Below, piece by piece: positions 47,832 through 58,077 of a stretch of 64,000 nucleotides of DNA; within the stretch, counting starts at the first letter, position 1; every line of letters starts with the position of its first letter. Under the pieces are notes generated by a model. The model saw only the letters and a list, made by a program, of their open reading frames with translations, ran no database searches and was not told where the DNA came from. The translations under genes and the position numbers were made by a program. Origin of the DNA: a phage; sequence record PZ445526.1; one strand, written 5' to 3'.

Positions 47832-48044
47832 CTATTCCTTACTAAGAGCAGCATTCAGCTTGTTAGTAATTTTATCCAGACGCTCACTGAACTCACTTGA
47901 AGATAAGCCCTTTTCTGGAGAAATTAAACTAATCACGAAAAATATAGCAATAAAAGGAATAAGGAAAATAGCTCCAACTGCCATAAACAGAAAGAATGTT
48001 ACAGTTGTAAGAAAATCAGCTAAACCTTTACGAAATTTATACAT
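47832..48044 (-). CDS. hypothetical membrane protein (70 aa)
   Basis: ORF track; hydrophobic core LFMAVGAIFLIPFIAIFFVISLI. Confidence 0.5.
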   Translation of the reverse strand: MYKFRKGLADFLTTVTFFLFMAVGAIFLIPFIAIFFVISLISPEKGLSSSEFSERLDKITNKLNAALSKE

Positions 48045-48162
48045 TTACCTTTACCTTTAATTGATTAACCAAGCATTAATAAGCACTAAACTATATTGTG
48101 AATAAAATTCTGGACCAAAATGAAAAATCATATCATTTATAGTATCCATAATATAATTCAAT

Positions 48163-48633
48163 TTAATCATGTTTCCACACCCCATCGGTATTTGACCAAA
48201 GTCGCTGATTATCTGATCCTCGCCACAGCTTTTTAGTCGGAAGATTTTTCTCATACTTCCCATCAATAATAACATCAACATATTTAAGCATTTCTAGTTG
48301 TTTAATATCTTCAAACTTATATCCTGTCCACAACCAAATGCTTTTATTGGGATAAAGATTTTTTACTGTTTGAACAATGCAATGAACAACATCTCGATTG
48401 TCAGGATAGAGAGGGTCTCCTCCAGTTATAGTTAATCCTTCTATATAATCATTATTCAAACATTCAATCAATTGTTCTAGTGTTTCACCAGTGAATGGAA
48501 TACCATTTCTAGCATTCCATGTTGATTTATTATAACACCCTTCGCATTTATGCAAACAACCTGTAACGAAAAGAACGACCCTGCATCCAGGGCCATTCAC
48601 AAAATCACAAGGATAAAATCTATCATAATTCAT
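48163..48633 (-). CDS. nrdG: anaerobic ribonucleotide reductase activating enzyme NrdG (radical SAM)
   Basis: 156 aa; CLHKCEGC cysteine cluster; 4-nt overlap with nrdD. Confidence 0.9.
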   Translation of the reverse strand: MNYDRFYPCDFVNGPGCRVVLFVTGCLHKCEGCYNKSTWNARNGIPFTGETLEQLIECLNNDYIEGLTITGGDPLYPDNRDVVHCIVQTVKNLYPNKSIWLWTGYKFEDIKQLEMLKYVDVIIDGKYEKNLPTKKLWRGSDNQRLWSNTDGVWKHD

Positions 48634-50447
48634 TGGTGTTTAACCCTATGCATGATTTCTTTATTTTTACCGAGATTAAATCCGCGTTCGTTCGGATTTC
48701 CCAAATAACCACATGTTCTTCTTATTGTGTTCATCTTTTTAGGATCAGTTTCTCCACAAATAGAACAAACAAATCCGTTTTCAGTAGGAGTCATTTCATG
48801 GGTACTTCCACATGTAAAACATTTATCTACTGGCATATTAACACCAAAATAATCTAAATGTTGTGCAGCATAATCCCATACGGCCTCAAGACCCTTTAAG
48901 TTATTTTTCATATCAGGAAGTTCAACATAAGAAATGTGACCACCTGTCGCAATGAAATGATATGGTGCTTCACGAGAAATCTTTTCAAACGGAGTAATAT
49001 TTTCTTCTACTGAAACATGGAAACTGTTAGTGTACCAGCCTTTATCGGTAACATCTTTTACGCTTCCATATTTTTCTGTATCGAGTTTACAGAAGCGATA
49101 ACAAAGGTTTTCAGCAGGAGTCGAATATAAACTAAAAGCAAATCCAGTTCTTTCAGTCCACTGTTTAAGATGAGCATTCATTTTAGTTAAAATTTCCTGT
49201 CCAATATCACGACCGACAAGAATATTCAATTCATGAATACCAATGTATCCTAGGGACACTGAACTTCTACCGTTTTTAAATAACTCAATTACGTCGTCAT
49301 CAGGTTTAAGACGAACCCCGAATGCACCTTCTTGGTAAAGAATAGGAGCAACAGTCGCTTTAACTCCTTTTAAGGAACTAATTCTACACATCAAAGCTTC
49401 AAAACACAAATCCATTCGTTCATTGAATAATTCAACAAATTTATGTTCATTGAACTGTGTTCCAATATAAGAATCTAACGCGATGCGAGGAAGATTCAGT
49501 GTTACAACACCAAGATTATTACGTCCATCAAGAATTTCATTACCAGTCGAATCTTTCCATACGCTCAAGAAACTACGGCAACCCATTGGAGAAACAGGAA
49601 CAGATGAACCAGTGATAGCTTTATTATTCTTAGCTGAAATAATATCAGGATACATCCTTTTGCTTGCGCACTCTAGAGCAAGCTGCTTAATATCATAGTT
49701 CGGATCGTCTTTATAAAGATTAACGCCTTCTTCGACGAACATAACAAGCTTAGGAAAAATAGGAGTTATCCCATCACGACCGAGACCTTTAATACGATTT
49801 TTCAGAATTGCTTTCTGAATCATTCGTTCAGTCCAGTCAGTTCCCGTACCAAATGTAATTGTTACAAAAGGAGTCTGTCCGTTTGAACTAAAGAGAGTAT
49901 TTACTTCATATTCATAAGCTTGGAATGCATCGTATACGTCTTTTTCTGTTTTAGATTGAGCATAATTCAACGCATCAGCGATTTGCCATTTTTCTGCATC
50001 CTCAATATGTTTTGCATAGGTGCGTTTAACATAAGGAGAAAGTACTTTATCTACATTCGCAAAAGTCGTTCCGCCGTATTGGTGAGAAGCAACCTGTGCA
50101 GTAATTTGTGCCATAATTGCAGTAGCAACACCGATTGATTTAGGAGTTTCAATCTGTGCATTACCAAGCTTAAATCCATTCTCAAGCATTCCTTTTAAAT
50201 CTACTAAACAACAATTAGTAAATGGAAGAGCAGGGGAATAATCAATATCGTGGAAATGGATAATTCCGCTTTCATGCGCTTTCATAATAAAAGACGGGAC
50301 CATATTTTTGGCAATGTGTTTAGACACAATACCAGCCATAAGGTCCCGTTGAGTTGGAAAAACACGAGAATCTTTATTAGCATTCTCGTTTAAAAGGTCT
50401 TTATTAGTTTTATGAATCAATCCTTCAATTTCTTTTTCAATTGTCAT
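48630..50447 (-). CDS. nrdD: anaerobic ribonucleotide reductase NrdD, uninterrupted
   Basis: 605 aa continuous ORF; C-terminal zinc ribbon and glycyl-radical motif RRTCGYLG. Confidence 0.9.
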   Translation of the reverse strand: MTIEKEIEGLIHKTNKDLLNENANKDSRVFPTQRDLMAGIVSKHIAKNMVPSFIMKAHESGIIHFHDIDYSPALPFTNCCLVDLKGMLENGFKLGNAQIETPKSIGVATAIMAQITAQVASHQYGGTTFANVDKVLSPYVKRTYAKHIEDAEKWQIADALNYAQSKTEKDVYDAFQAYEYEVNTLFSSNGQTPFVTITFGTGTDWTERMIQKAILKNRIKGLGRDGITPIFPKLVMFVEEGVNLYKDDPNYDIKQLALECASKRMYPDIISAKNNKAITGSSVPVSPMGCRSFLSVWKDSTGNEILDGRNNLGVVTLNLPRIALDSYIGTQFNEHKFVELFNERMDLCFEALMCRISSLKGVKATVAPILYQEGAFGVRLKPDDDVIELFKNGRSSVSLGYIGIHELNILVGRDIGQEILTKMNAHLKQWTERTGFAFSLYSTPAENLCYRFCKLDTEKYGSVKDVTDKGWYTNSFHVSVEENITPFEKISREAPYHFIATGGHISYVELPDMKNNLKGLEAVWDYAAQHLDYFGVNMPVDKCFTCGSTHEMTPTENGFVCSICGETDPKKMNTIRRTCGYLGNPNERGFNLGKNKEIMHRVKHQ

Positions 50448-50917
50448 TTTAAACTCTTTCTAAGCTGCTTCTTGAATGAAGCTATTAATTGTGTTTTGGT
50501 GTCAGATTCATTATATTCAAATCCTCTTTGAAGCATCTCAGCCATCATTTCCTCTTTTCCTAAACGAGAAAATTCCTTTGATTTATCTCCAACGAAGTTA
50601 GGGTGAATATTATTTTGGGTGTAATCGGATTTTAAATAAGTAAGTAAATTTTCTAACCATTCAAGATAATCAACACCTTGTCCCTTTAAGCCAGAACGAT
50701 TAAATTTATGCTTCATTTGACCTTCTGCGGCATTGCAGAGATTACAAAGCAATCCACGTACCTTTCCTGCTTTTGGTCCATTTAATTCATGGTCATGGTC
50801 GAGGTGATTAGCTTGAACGTCAGGATTTAGTTCTCGTTGGCAAATTAAGCATTTACCGTTTTGTGCATCATAAAATTTCTGTTTTTCTTCTTTATATAAT
50901 TTGCCAGTCAATAACAT
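50444..50917 (-). CDS. 49: endonuclease VII gp49 (Holliday junction resolvase)
   Basis: 157 aa, MLLTGKLYKEEKQKFYDAQNGKCLICQRELNP...; matches remembered T4 endo VII. Confidence 0.85.
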   Translation of the reverse strand: MLLTGKLYKEEKQKFYDAQNGKCLICQRELNPDVQANHLDHDHELNGPKAGKVRGLLCNLCNAAEGQMKHKFNRSGLKGQGVDYLEWLENLLTYLKSDYTQNNIHPNFVGDKSKEFSRLGKEEMMAEMLQRGFEYNESDTKTQLIASFKKQLRKSLK

Positions 50918-50958
50918 AATAAACCCTTACCTTAAATAGATAAGGGTATTTATTATTT

Positions 50959-51462
50959 TCAAGTATTGTAAAACATTTGATGCAATCGCTTATATTGCCG
51001 AATCTTTTGGTCAGAAAAAGAAATTTGAGTTTCAAGCCATTCAATGTACTCTGCGGCAGCTTGCATTAAATTTCCTTCATAACCATCGTTATTTTCTTGT
51101 GCAGCTAATTTAGCTAATGCATATGAAATGCGTTCACCTTGAAAAGCGGCTTTAGGTTTATGAATAGCTTGATCAACTCGTTCTACGACTTCTTCAATTT
51201 CGCCATTTTCTACTGATTCAGTATTCCACAAACACCAATACGTAATTGGCTTATCGTAGATGTTAATAATCTTTCCATCAGAAAGTTCAATTTCAATAAT
51301 TCCAGTATCAGGTTCTATATCATCTTCACATTCTTTTGCAAGTTCACGAACTTTAAAGACAGTACCTGCACTAAGTTCCGGCCAGTAATTACATAGCCCT
51401 GTATCAGCACGATTAATTCTAAACCACTTATCTACTGTAATCATGTCCCATCTCCATATCAA
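50959..51462 (-). CDS. hypothetical protein (167 aa), possible Pin (protease inhibitor) equivalent
   Basis: Position just beyond gene 49 and similar size to T4 Pin; no sequence recognition. Confidence 0.4.
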   Translation of the reverse strand: MIWRWDMITVDKWFRINRADTGLCNYWPELSAGTVFKVRELAKECEDDIEPDTGIIEIELSDGKIINIYDKPITYWCLWNTESVENGEIEEVVERVDQAIHKPKAAFQGERISYALAKLAAQENNDGYEGNLMQAAAEYIEWLETQISFSDQKIRQYKRLHQMFYNT

Positions 51463-51567
51463 TTAAGTCATTTATCGTTGGTTCATTATATACTGTTTCT
51501 TCATCAGTGTAAACCGGTTCTTCCGGCTCTGGCTCTACAGTTTCCCATCTAGCCGCCCACCAAGGTT

Positions 51568-51888
51568 TTATAGCGTAATCCATTCTCGTACTGTCTGAAT
51601 TACTACACGTTCTCGAAGCTCAACCAGTTCAACAGTAGGAACTGCATAATACCAGTCAGAATGGTAAGAACCTGAGCGAGATTCATTTACGGAAACATAT
51701 ACGTGGTGTTTTGAGCTAAAGTAAATTACTCGACGATATTGGCATTTGCCTTGTTGAGTCCATTCTTCGGATTCAATCGGAATAAGATAGTCGGAAAAAT
51801 CGAAATCATAGTTTTCCGAAAATGCATCATGGTCTTCGATGATTTCACTCAGAATTGCATCAACATCTAATTTATTTTCAATAGTCAT
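51568..51888 (-). CDS. hypothetical protein (106 aa)
   Basis: ORF track. Confidence 0.5.
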   Translation of the reverse strand: MTIENKLDVDAILSEIIEDHDAFSENYDFDFSDYLIPIESEEWTQQGKCQYRRVIYFSSKHHVYVSVNESRSGSYHSDWYYAVPTVELVELRERVVIQTVREWITL

Positions 51889-51899
51889 TTTTTCACCAA

Positions 51900-52109
51900 T
51901 TAATTTCGCAATTTATTAAGTTCTTCATAATCAATCCAGGATTCTAATCCTGATGGCAAATCAGATTCAATTTCCCAAAGAAGCTCTTCAATTTTCTGAA
52001 GACGATCTAGTTCTTCAGCTGGAATAGTAACCATTGATGGAGTTCTTGATACACTAATATCGTAAATCATATTTACCCCAGTTTGACCATGCAATCGCCG
52101 TATTTCCAC
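51900..52109 (-). CDS. hypothetical protein (69 aa)
   Basis: ORF track. Confidence 0.45.
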   Translation of the reverse strand: MEIRRLHGQTGVNMIYDISVSRTPSMVTIPAEELDRLQKIEELLWEIESDLPSGLESWIDYEELNKLRN

Positions 52110-52288
52110 TTAGAAATAGACTTTTCACCATTAGAATAATAAACTTCGAGTTTAGCACGATTATTTTTAATTTGAATAACCTTGGCTGTCATCAAAGTTC
52201 CATACCCATAGTAAACTGCAACTTCATCACCTACATATACCGCGCTTCCGCGGTAATCATGGATATAATCAGTTCCTTCAAGCATCAT
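52073..52288 (-). CDS. hypothetical protein (71 aa)
   Basis: ORF track. Confidence 0.45.
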   Translation of the reverse strand: MMLEGTDYIHDYRGSAVYVGDEVAVYYGYGTLMTAKVIQIKNNRAKLEVYYSNGEKSISKWKYGDCMVKLG

Positions 52289-52548
52289 TTAAAGTATTCC
52301 CGCAATTGGTCAAATCCACCAATATGACTTCCATCAGGAGCAAATACCTGAGGCATCGTCAGTCCAATTTGAGTATCACGACCTAGTTTAGTCAGAAGCT
52401 CAGCGATTTTCTCATCATCAAAAACACCTTTTTCCGGCATAATGTTGATAAATTCAAATGGCTGTTTCTTCACGGTCAAAAGACGTTTTGCATTATCGCA
52501 ATACACACATTTATGGATGTTGCTATCATAACCATATACTTTAAACAT
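52285..52548 (-). CDS. nrdC: thioredoxin/glutaredoxin NrdC
   Basis: 87 aa, CVYC redox motif; size matches T4 NrdC. Confidence 0.85.
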   Translation of the reverse strand: MFKVYGYDSNIHKCVYCDNAKRLLTVKKQPFEFINIMPEKGVFDDEKIAELLTKLGRDTQIGLTMPQVFAPDGSHIGGFDQLREYFK

Positions 52549-52549
52549 A

Positions 52550-52792
52550 TTATTCCTTAATTCCTAGTACTTGTTTAAAAGTCTCGTCGTAATCAAGACT
52601 TTGGCCCGTTTGTTCTTTATGTTTGTATATAATATCACTTACTTCTGATAGCATATTTTTATATGAACGAGTTAAAGCAGATTTAAGCACGCTGTATCTA
52701 TCAGGAAATTTACCATGTTCATTATAATAAGCTATTGCTAATTCACGGACTGCCTTTTCAGCAGTCTCCATATATTCTTTACGCTTGGTCAT
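52550..52792 (-). CDS. hypothetical protein (80 aa)
   Basis: Track ORF trimmed to internal ATG; upstream part overlaps neighbouring ORF in another frame. Confidence 0.4.
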
Positions 52793-53093
52793 TTTCTTCT
52801 CGGTCAAATCGGTGTTTACAATGGCGACATTTATAACGAAGATTATTAGTCTGCCAATGGACCAATTGCACCTGTTCAGTTCCACATTCAGGGCAATTAG
52901 GAACGTTTTTAGAAGCCCTTTCGCGACGTTCAACCATGACCATTACAGAATCCCAATTAATAGGGCTGCTATAATCATCACAACCGTGAATCTTTCCACG
53001 CATTTCCAGATCGTCTTCTTCACCAGCCATAATAATTTTAATTAGACTAGAATTACTTGAAGCTGCAATGTCTTCTAATAGACGCTTTTTCAT
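52779..53093 (-). CDS. hypothetical zinc-ribbon protein (104 aa)
   Basis: CPECG ... CRHCKHRF cysteine pairs. Confidence 0.5.
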
Positions 53094-54016
53094 TTCAATA
53101 CCTCAATAGCATTACGTAAACCATTTGCTTTTGCATTAAGAGCTTTTAACAATTTGGTGTGTTCTGCAATTTGGGCTTCAACTTCAATCAAACGAGCATT
53201 GAGATATTCGCGTTCTTCTTTCATAGTATCATTCCCATGATTGGATTTTGGTGTAGGTTTAAATTCACTAGGGTCCTTTAATTTAATAACAAATTTAGTT
53301 TCAAACAGTGAAAGACCATAATTCGTATTATCATCAAAGGATTTGACTACATCCATATCAGATAATAACACGCGTAAATTATAAGCCAAAGAACTAATAG
53401 TTTCATTGTGTTTATTAGCTTCGCGTGGTTTCATATACGGAAGATTTTTATATATCTCGTGCGGAGCACAAATGATAATTGACAATTCAAATTGCCCATT
53501 CTGGGACGATGGAGTGAATTTAGCCGTAACCCAGTCTTTTACATTCACATTAATAGTACGGTTATCACCATGACAAAACAGTCTACGAGAATGCTTAAAA
53601 AGCATATTCACGTTATTATTGAATTCGTGTGAAAATTCACTAGCAAATTTTTCTTTACTATCTTTAGAAAACCATTCTTCTAAATAAGTTCTTTTCACGT
53701 CGTTAATAATATTAAATGTAACAACACTAGCATTTGATACATTAGTCTCAATGTAGCTTGGATACATAAATTTTTTAACATTATTAACAGCTATCACAGA
53801 AGATAGTAATCGGGAACGTTTGAACCACTCGAGCAAAGAACCAAGAGAATGTGAATACGCATTTTGTGTATCTTTACAAATATGGTTTTCCCATCCAATA
53901 TAGTCTAAAAAATCACGAAGAATATTATTGATTACTGCTCTGTGTCCTATCTGATAATTACGATGTTTAGTAATAAGACTGTCAAAATAATCAATATAAT
54001 GTTTACGAGTTTTCAT
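53090..54016 (-). CDS. coiled-coil family protein A (308 aa)
   Basis: ORF track; N-terminal motifs shared with 54071..55072; C-terminal predicted coiled coil. Confidence 0.6.
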   Translation of the reverse strand: MKTRKHYIDYFDSLITKHRNYQIGHRAVINNILRDFLDYIGWENHICKDTQNAYSHSLGSLLEWFKRSRLLSSVIAVNNVKKFMYPSYIETNVSNASVVTFNIINDVKRTYLEEWFSKDSKEKFASEFSHEFNNNVNMLFKHSRRLFCHGDNRTINVNVKDWVTAKFTPSSQNGQFELSIIICAPHEIYKNLPYMKPREANKHNETISSLAYNLRVLLSDMDVVKSFDDNTNYGLSLFETKFVIKLKDPSEFKPTPKSNHGNDTMKEEREYLNARLIEVEAQIAEHTKLLKALNAKANGLRNAIEVLK

Positions 54017-54070
54017 GTTCTTCTCACTTGGTTAATGATTTATACTCCGAGCCATCCTTGGCTTTAAATT

Positions 54071-55072
54071 TTACTTAATTAACTGTAAAGCTTGTTCCAG
54101 ACGATCAAGACGATTAACAGATTCTTCCCAAATCCTTTTAGCCTGCTCATATTCTTTCTGCGCTTTATTAGAAATTTCTAGAACTTCTTTATAAGCTTTT
54201 TCTAATGCAATAACTTCTGGACGAATTTCTATCGGTTCAGGTGAATCATCAAGACATTCCATTAGTTCCTCAAGGGTAGTTTCTTCTTTAGGAGTATTCA
54301 CAATTTCATCACATTTTTGTTGGTAAATTTCTTTATCAGTAGGTGAGTACGCGCACTTTACTTCACGAAGACTAATTACAATTTTATATCCTTCCCAACC
54401 GCATATATTCTTAAAAGGATAAGTATGAATATTTTCTACTGTTTCCATACAAAGTAATGCGGTCTCTAATTGACGAGTTATAGTGCTAGCAATTGAGAAA
54501 AATTTATTAATATTCTTTTGGTTAGTTTCTGGTGTAAAAAATCCATAATTCACAAAAATAGATACTTTATTTTTATCAAGTTCATATTCTTTTATGATAA
54601 TCATATCAGAAGCCAAAGGATGAATTTGACGATAATCGCCATAACATAATTTAGAAGCTGATTTTAGAATCTGTCCTTTGAAAAGTCTGAAATTACTAAT
54701 CCAACGACGAGTAAAAATATTCTCAGGGTCTTCTTTATTATTAAGATGATAAGAATTAACATCACCGAACCAATTATATCCTACTACATCTTTGGTTCGT
54801 TTAATTTCTTTCCCAAAATTACCAAGAATATCCCGATTAACCAAATATGAAAGAAGACGAGACTCTTTAAAGGTTTTCTTGATAACATCTTTATCTACAC
54901 GGCTAGAAATTTTACGAATTTCATGAATAAATTTAGTAGAAGAAACAATACTTGCATCAACACTATTGAGCCATTGATTGATAATAGAAAGAACGCTATT
55001 TTGGCCAAACATCGGTATAGCTTTATCATCAATAACGCTATTGAATGATTTGATATATTCGTTACGAGTCAT
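54071..55072 (-). CDS. coiled-coil family protein B (333 aa)
   Basis: Track ORF trimmed to ATG with SD GAGGAG (upstream part is promoter DNA); paralog of protein A; C-terminal coiled coil. Confidence 0.6.
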   Translation of the reverse strand: MTRNEYIKSFNSVIDDKAIPMFGQNSVLSIINQWLNSVDASIVSSTKFIHEIRKISSRVDKDVIKKTFKESRLLSYLVNRDILGNFGKEIKRTKDVVGYNWFGDVNSYHLNNKEDPENIFTRRWISNFRLFKGQILKSASKLCYGDYRQIHPLASDMIIIKEYELDKNKVSIFVNYGFFTPETNQKNINKFFSIASTITRQLETALLCMETVENIHTYPFKNICGWEGYKIVISLREVKCAYSPTDKEIYQQKCDEIVNTPKEETTLEELMECLDDSPEPIEIRPEVIALEKAYKEVLEISNKAQKEYEQAKRIWEESVNRLDRLEQALQLIK

Positions 55073-55100
55073 ATTAATCTCCTCAGTAGAAAGTAAGAAC

Positions 55101-55130
55101 ATTATACCACATCCTTGTGGCAAAGTAAAC
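55101..55130 (-). promoter_or_regulatory. early promoter cassette
   Basis: GTTTAC-N18-TATAAT, TGG-extended; near-identical to 11130-11159. Confidence 0.6.
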
Positions 55131-56158
55131 TAGTTCAGTGCATTTAGTGCATTGTTCAGTTTAGAACGTTGCTTTGTCAGATTTTGAACCCTTGACTGAG
55201 CTTGTTTTAACACCTTTTCAGCTTCTAACACTTCATTAGTTGCTTTAACGAGTTCAGCATCTACTGCTTTAAGAGACTTCTCAATCGCATCTGCATGCCA
55301 TTTTTCAACAGGTTTAAGACTCGGATTTTCAATAGGAAGAAAATTCACTTTATTGAATTTCCATGCATCCTTATTACCTGAACTATACATCCAAAATTTA
55401 GGATCGTTTGATAAGTAATTGGATAAATTTAAATTTAAGTTATCTTGTACTTCTTGCTTTTTCTCTTGTGTAACTTCGTCCTTTCTCAAAAAATCATATT
55501 TAAATGAAACAATCATATCAAGTTCATATGATGTTGTATCTAACTTAAATCGTTCAAAACGAGGTAAAATCTTAGATTGAACAGCAGCAACAACATCCAT
55601 ATACTTAAATGCTTCTGTCAACTGTGATTTAAGGCATTCACAAATTGAAAGAGAATTTTTTGTATTAGGTTTAAAGCTAATTCGTGCAGTTCTATTATTT
55701 TCTTTTAACGGTCTTACTTCCATCTGAAGAGTATAACCATCAAATTTCAGGTTCTTTAAGTTAATATCAGAACCTTTTAATCGACTTGCTGTGGACAAAA
55801 TTTGCTTTAATTGTTTACGGAATAGAGCAATAAATCTCCATTCAAGACGATAATGATTTGGATTAAAAAATCCTGTTGATAAATCGACCTTACTTTGACC
55901 AACGCCTTGAACAAATAGAGGATTTTTATAATCAATAGTTTTACAGAAATCGGTGAGCTGTTCACGAGCAGTCATTTGCGTAATATACCCTGCTTTACTA
56001 AAATTACGCACCCATTCACTGCTATTCGTATACTTAAAGTGATGAATAACACGATTAACTTTATCAGGGTCTAAATTATTTTCACACAAAAATGTCATAA
56101 CATCACGAGTATAGCTGGCATTACGAACCATATCTTCAATTTGAGAACGAGTTTTCAT
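55130..56158 (-). CDS. coiled-coil family protein C (342 aa)
   Basis: ORF track; N-terminus MKTR... like protein A; C-terminal coiled coil. Confidence 0.6.
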   Translation of the reverse strand: MKTRSQIEDMVRNASYTRDVMTFLCENNLDPDKVNRVIHHFKYTNSSEWVRNFSKAGYITQMTAREQLTDFCKTIDYKNPLFVQGVGQSKVDLSTGFFNPNHYRLEWRFIALFRKQLKQILSTASRLKGSDINLKNLKFDGYTLQMEVRPLKENNRTARISFKPNTKNSLSICECLKSQLTEAFKYMDVVAAVQSKILPRFERFKLDTTSYELDMIVSFKYDFLRKDEVTQEKKQEVQDNLNLNLSNYLSNDPKFWMYSSGNKDAWKFNKVNFLPIENPSLKPVEKWHADAIEKSLKAVDAELVKATNEVLEAEKVLKQAQSRVQNLTKQRSKLNNALNALN

Positions 56159-56166
56159 GGTGTTCC

Positions 56167-57072
56167 TTAAGATTTAAGTAAATCAACAATTTTAATTAAT
56201 TTTTCACGTTCAGATTTAGCTTTACTACTCAATCCGGATAGTCTAAAGATTTCATCGTCATATTGTTGAATAGAAATATTCAGCTCTTCAATTTGCTTAT
56301 TAAAATAATCAATTTGTTCAGAATGTTTTTCGTTACTACGAACTGGTACATGGTTTGTAGGCAATTTAGTTAAACTGGATTCATCCGGGCGATAAATTAA
56401 AATACAACTTGAACCAATCGGACATTTAGCACCAGACACATATTCTAATGTTCCAGCTTCTTTTAAAATTTCAAAAGCTAAACAGAGATGATGACCCATA
56501 TTGGCATAATCTGTAGAGTGAGCTCTGACGTAATAATCATCTCCACGAGTGCTAAATTTAAAGCATTTAAGGTCTTCTGTATTATTAGTTTTAAAAATCA
56601 TTTGTTTATCTAGACCTTTAGCCAATCGAGCGCCTAATGCTAATAATCGTCGTTGATTTTCCCACAAATCCGCAATCATTTGATCGAATGATAATTTCGG
56701 CATTAGTCGGCCATAAAGGTCATATCCTTTATTATAATTGCGAAGGATTTCACTCGCATTAATGCGAGACAACGCTCCAATTTTATTAAGGGCTTTCATG
56801 ATGCGATTAGATAAACTCATTCCAGACCCGTTTGTTCGCTGTAAATGTTTTTCTAATCCAAATCCAATATCAACTTTAAATTTATCTAAAATTTTGGCAT
56901 GAACGTCTCTGTCAATAACATTCAAATCCAAAGTTGGGTTAAATCTATGAAAAAATTTATCTGGCTCTCCACGACGAAATACAGTCCATTCATTCATCAT
57001 TTTTTTATTAACTAAAGATTTAATTACTGCATTGACATTATTAATTACTACTGACATATTTTCCTCACTCAA
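56167..57072 (-). CDS. coiled-coil family protein D (301 aa)
   Basis: ORF track; similar length and C-terminal coiled coil. Confidence 0.55.
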   Translation of the reverse strand: MSEENMSVVINNVNAVIKSLVNKKMMNEWTVFRRGEPDKFFHRFNPTLDLNVIDRDVHAKILDKFKVDIGFGLEKHLQRTNGSGMSLSNRIMKALNKIGALSRINASEILRNYNKGYDLYGRLMPKLSFDQMIADLWENQRRLLALGARLAKGLDKQMIFKTNNTEDLKCFKFSTRGDDYYVRAHSTDYANMGHHLCLAFEILKEAGTLEYVSGAKCPIGSSCILIYRPDESSLTKLPTNHVPVRSNEKHSEQIDYFNKQIEELNISIQQYDDEIFRLSGLSSKAKSEREKLIKIVDLLKS

Positions 57073-57466
57073 TTTTACTAATTACGCGGAATAAGATTGA
57101 ACAGACTATATAAGTACCACATATAGATTGAACTAATGCCATTCCAAAGAACCAAACAATATTATCAAACCATGTCTGTTTTACGTCGAAAGGACGTAAA
57201 CTTACAGTAATATTATCACCTTTTTCTATTGAAGAATACATCTCTGGTGAAATATATTCACTAAATCTATAACCGTCTTTGAGTTCATATACAGCAATAA
57301 ACGATAAACTAGACCCCTTTCCTTGAGTTCCTGTAAGGGTATTAACTACAGTAACATCATAATCTTTATAATGCATATAATCATTAATTGCGTAATAACC
57401 ATATGCAATTACTATACATAAACAACATATCAATAAATTCAATCTTTTAATTATCAACTGTTTCAT
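57065..57466 (-). CDS. hypothetical membrane protein (133 aa)
   Basis: ORF track; hydrophobic helices at both ends. Confidence 0.55.
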   Translation of the reverse strand: MKQLIIKRLNLLICCLCIVIAYGYYAINDYMHYKDYDVTVVNTLTGTQGKGSSLSFIAVYELKDGYRFSEYISPEMYSSIEKGDNITVSLRPFDVKQTWFDNIVWFFGMALVQSICGTYIVCSILFRVISKIE

Positions 57467-57495
57467 AATAATCTCAATTAAAAGGGCTTAGAACC

Positions 57496-57525
57496 ATTAT
57501 ACCATCCTTGGTATAAAGCGGTTAT
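57496..57525 (-). promoter_or_regulatory. candidate middle-type promoter
   Basis: TGG-extended TATAAT with CGCTTTA box 12 nt upstream. Confidence 0.35.
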
Positions 57526-58049
57526 GCGAGTACCGTCTTTAACCGTTCTTCAAACTTCCGAAGAGTATTTTGGCGTTCAGCTCTTTGCTTTTTGTAAGTT
57601 TCAATACGCTCTGAAATGAGAGTGTATCGTTCATTTACTGATTCTTTCATAAAATCAGGAATTTCACGAGAAGCTTTAATCTCGTCAAATTTATCAATAA
57701 CAGCTTGCTCTTCAGCAATTAAGTTATCATACATCAAAATATCTTTCTTGATGAACTCAATATCTTCTTGAGTTACGCGAGATAATTTAGATGCTTTATC
57801 CTTTTTGTACTGTTCGTTAGTATCACGAGACCAGTGTAATGTACGATTTTTATTCGTATTCTTGTAAATTTCTACAATACCAATCTCATCAATAATAACG
57901 ATCCAATTCCAACGGGATTTGTAAATTTGTCCTCCGTCAACCGTGATTTCACCTCCGATTGAGATGTCATTAAAGAACTTGCTTTGTGCTTCAGATTTAA
58001 ATTTACCATCATTGTAGTTTACCAAGTTGAAAATATCTTTAGCATTCAT
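57522..58049 (-). CDS. hypothetical protein (175 aa)
   Basis: Track ORF trimmed to ATG after leader SD GGAGGA; early promoter 58078-58107. Confidence 0.55.
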   Translation of the reverse strand: MNAKDIFNLVNYNDGKFKSEAQSKFFNDISIGGEITVDGGQIYKSRWNWIVIIDEIGIVEIYKNTNKNRTLHWSRDTNEQYKKDKASKLSRVTQEDIEFIKKDILMYDNLIAEEQAVIDKFDEIKASREIPDFMKESVNERYTLISERIETYKKQRAERQNTLRKFEERLKTVLA

Positions 58050-58077
58050 TTTCTGTTCCTCCGTAGTTGATAGTTGT

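Noticed and set aside
48057-48281. 74-aa ORF overlapping the 3' end of nrdG
   Set aside because: Most of it is in an alternative frame of nrdG; only a roughly 30-codon stub would be independent.
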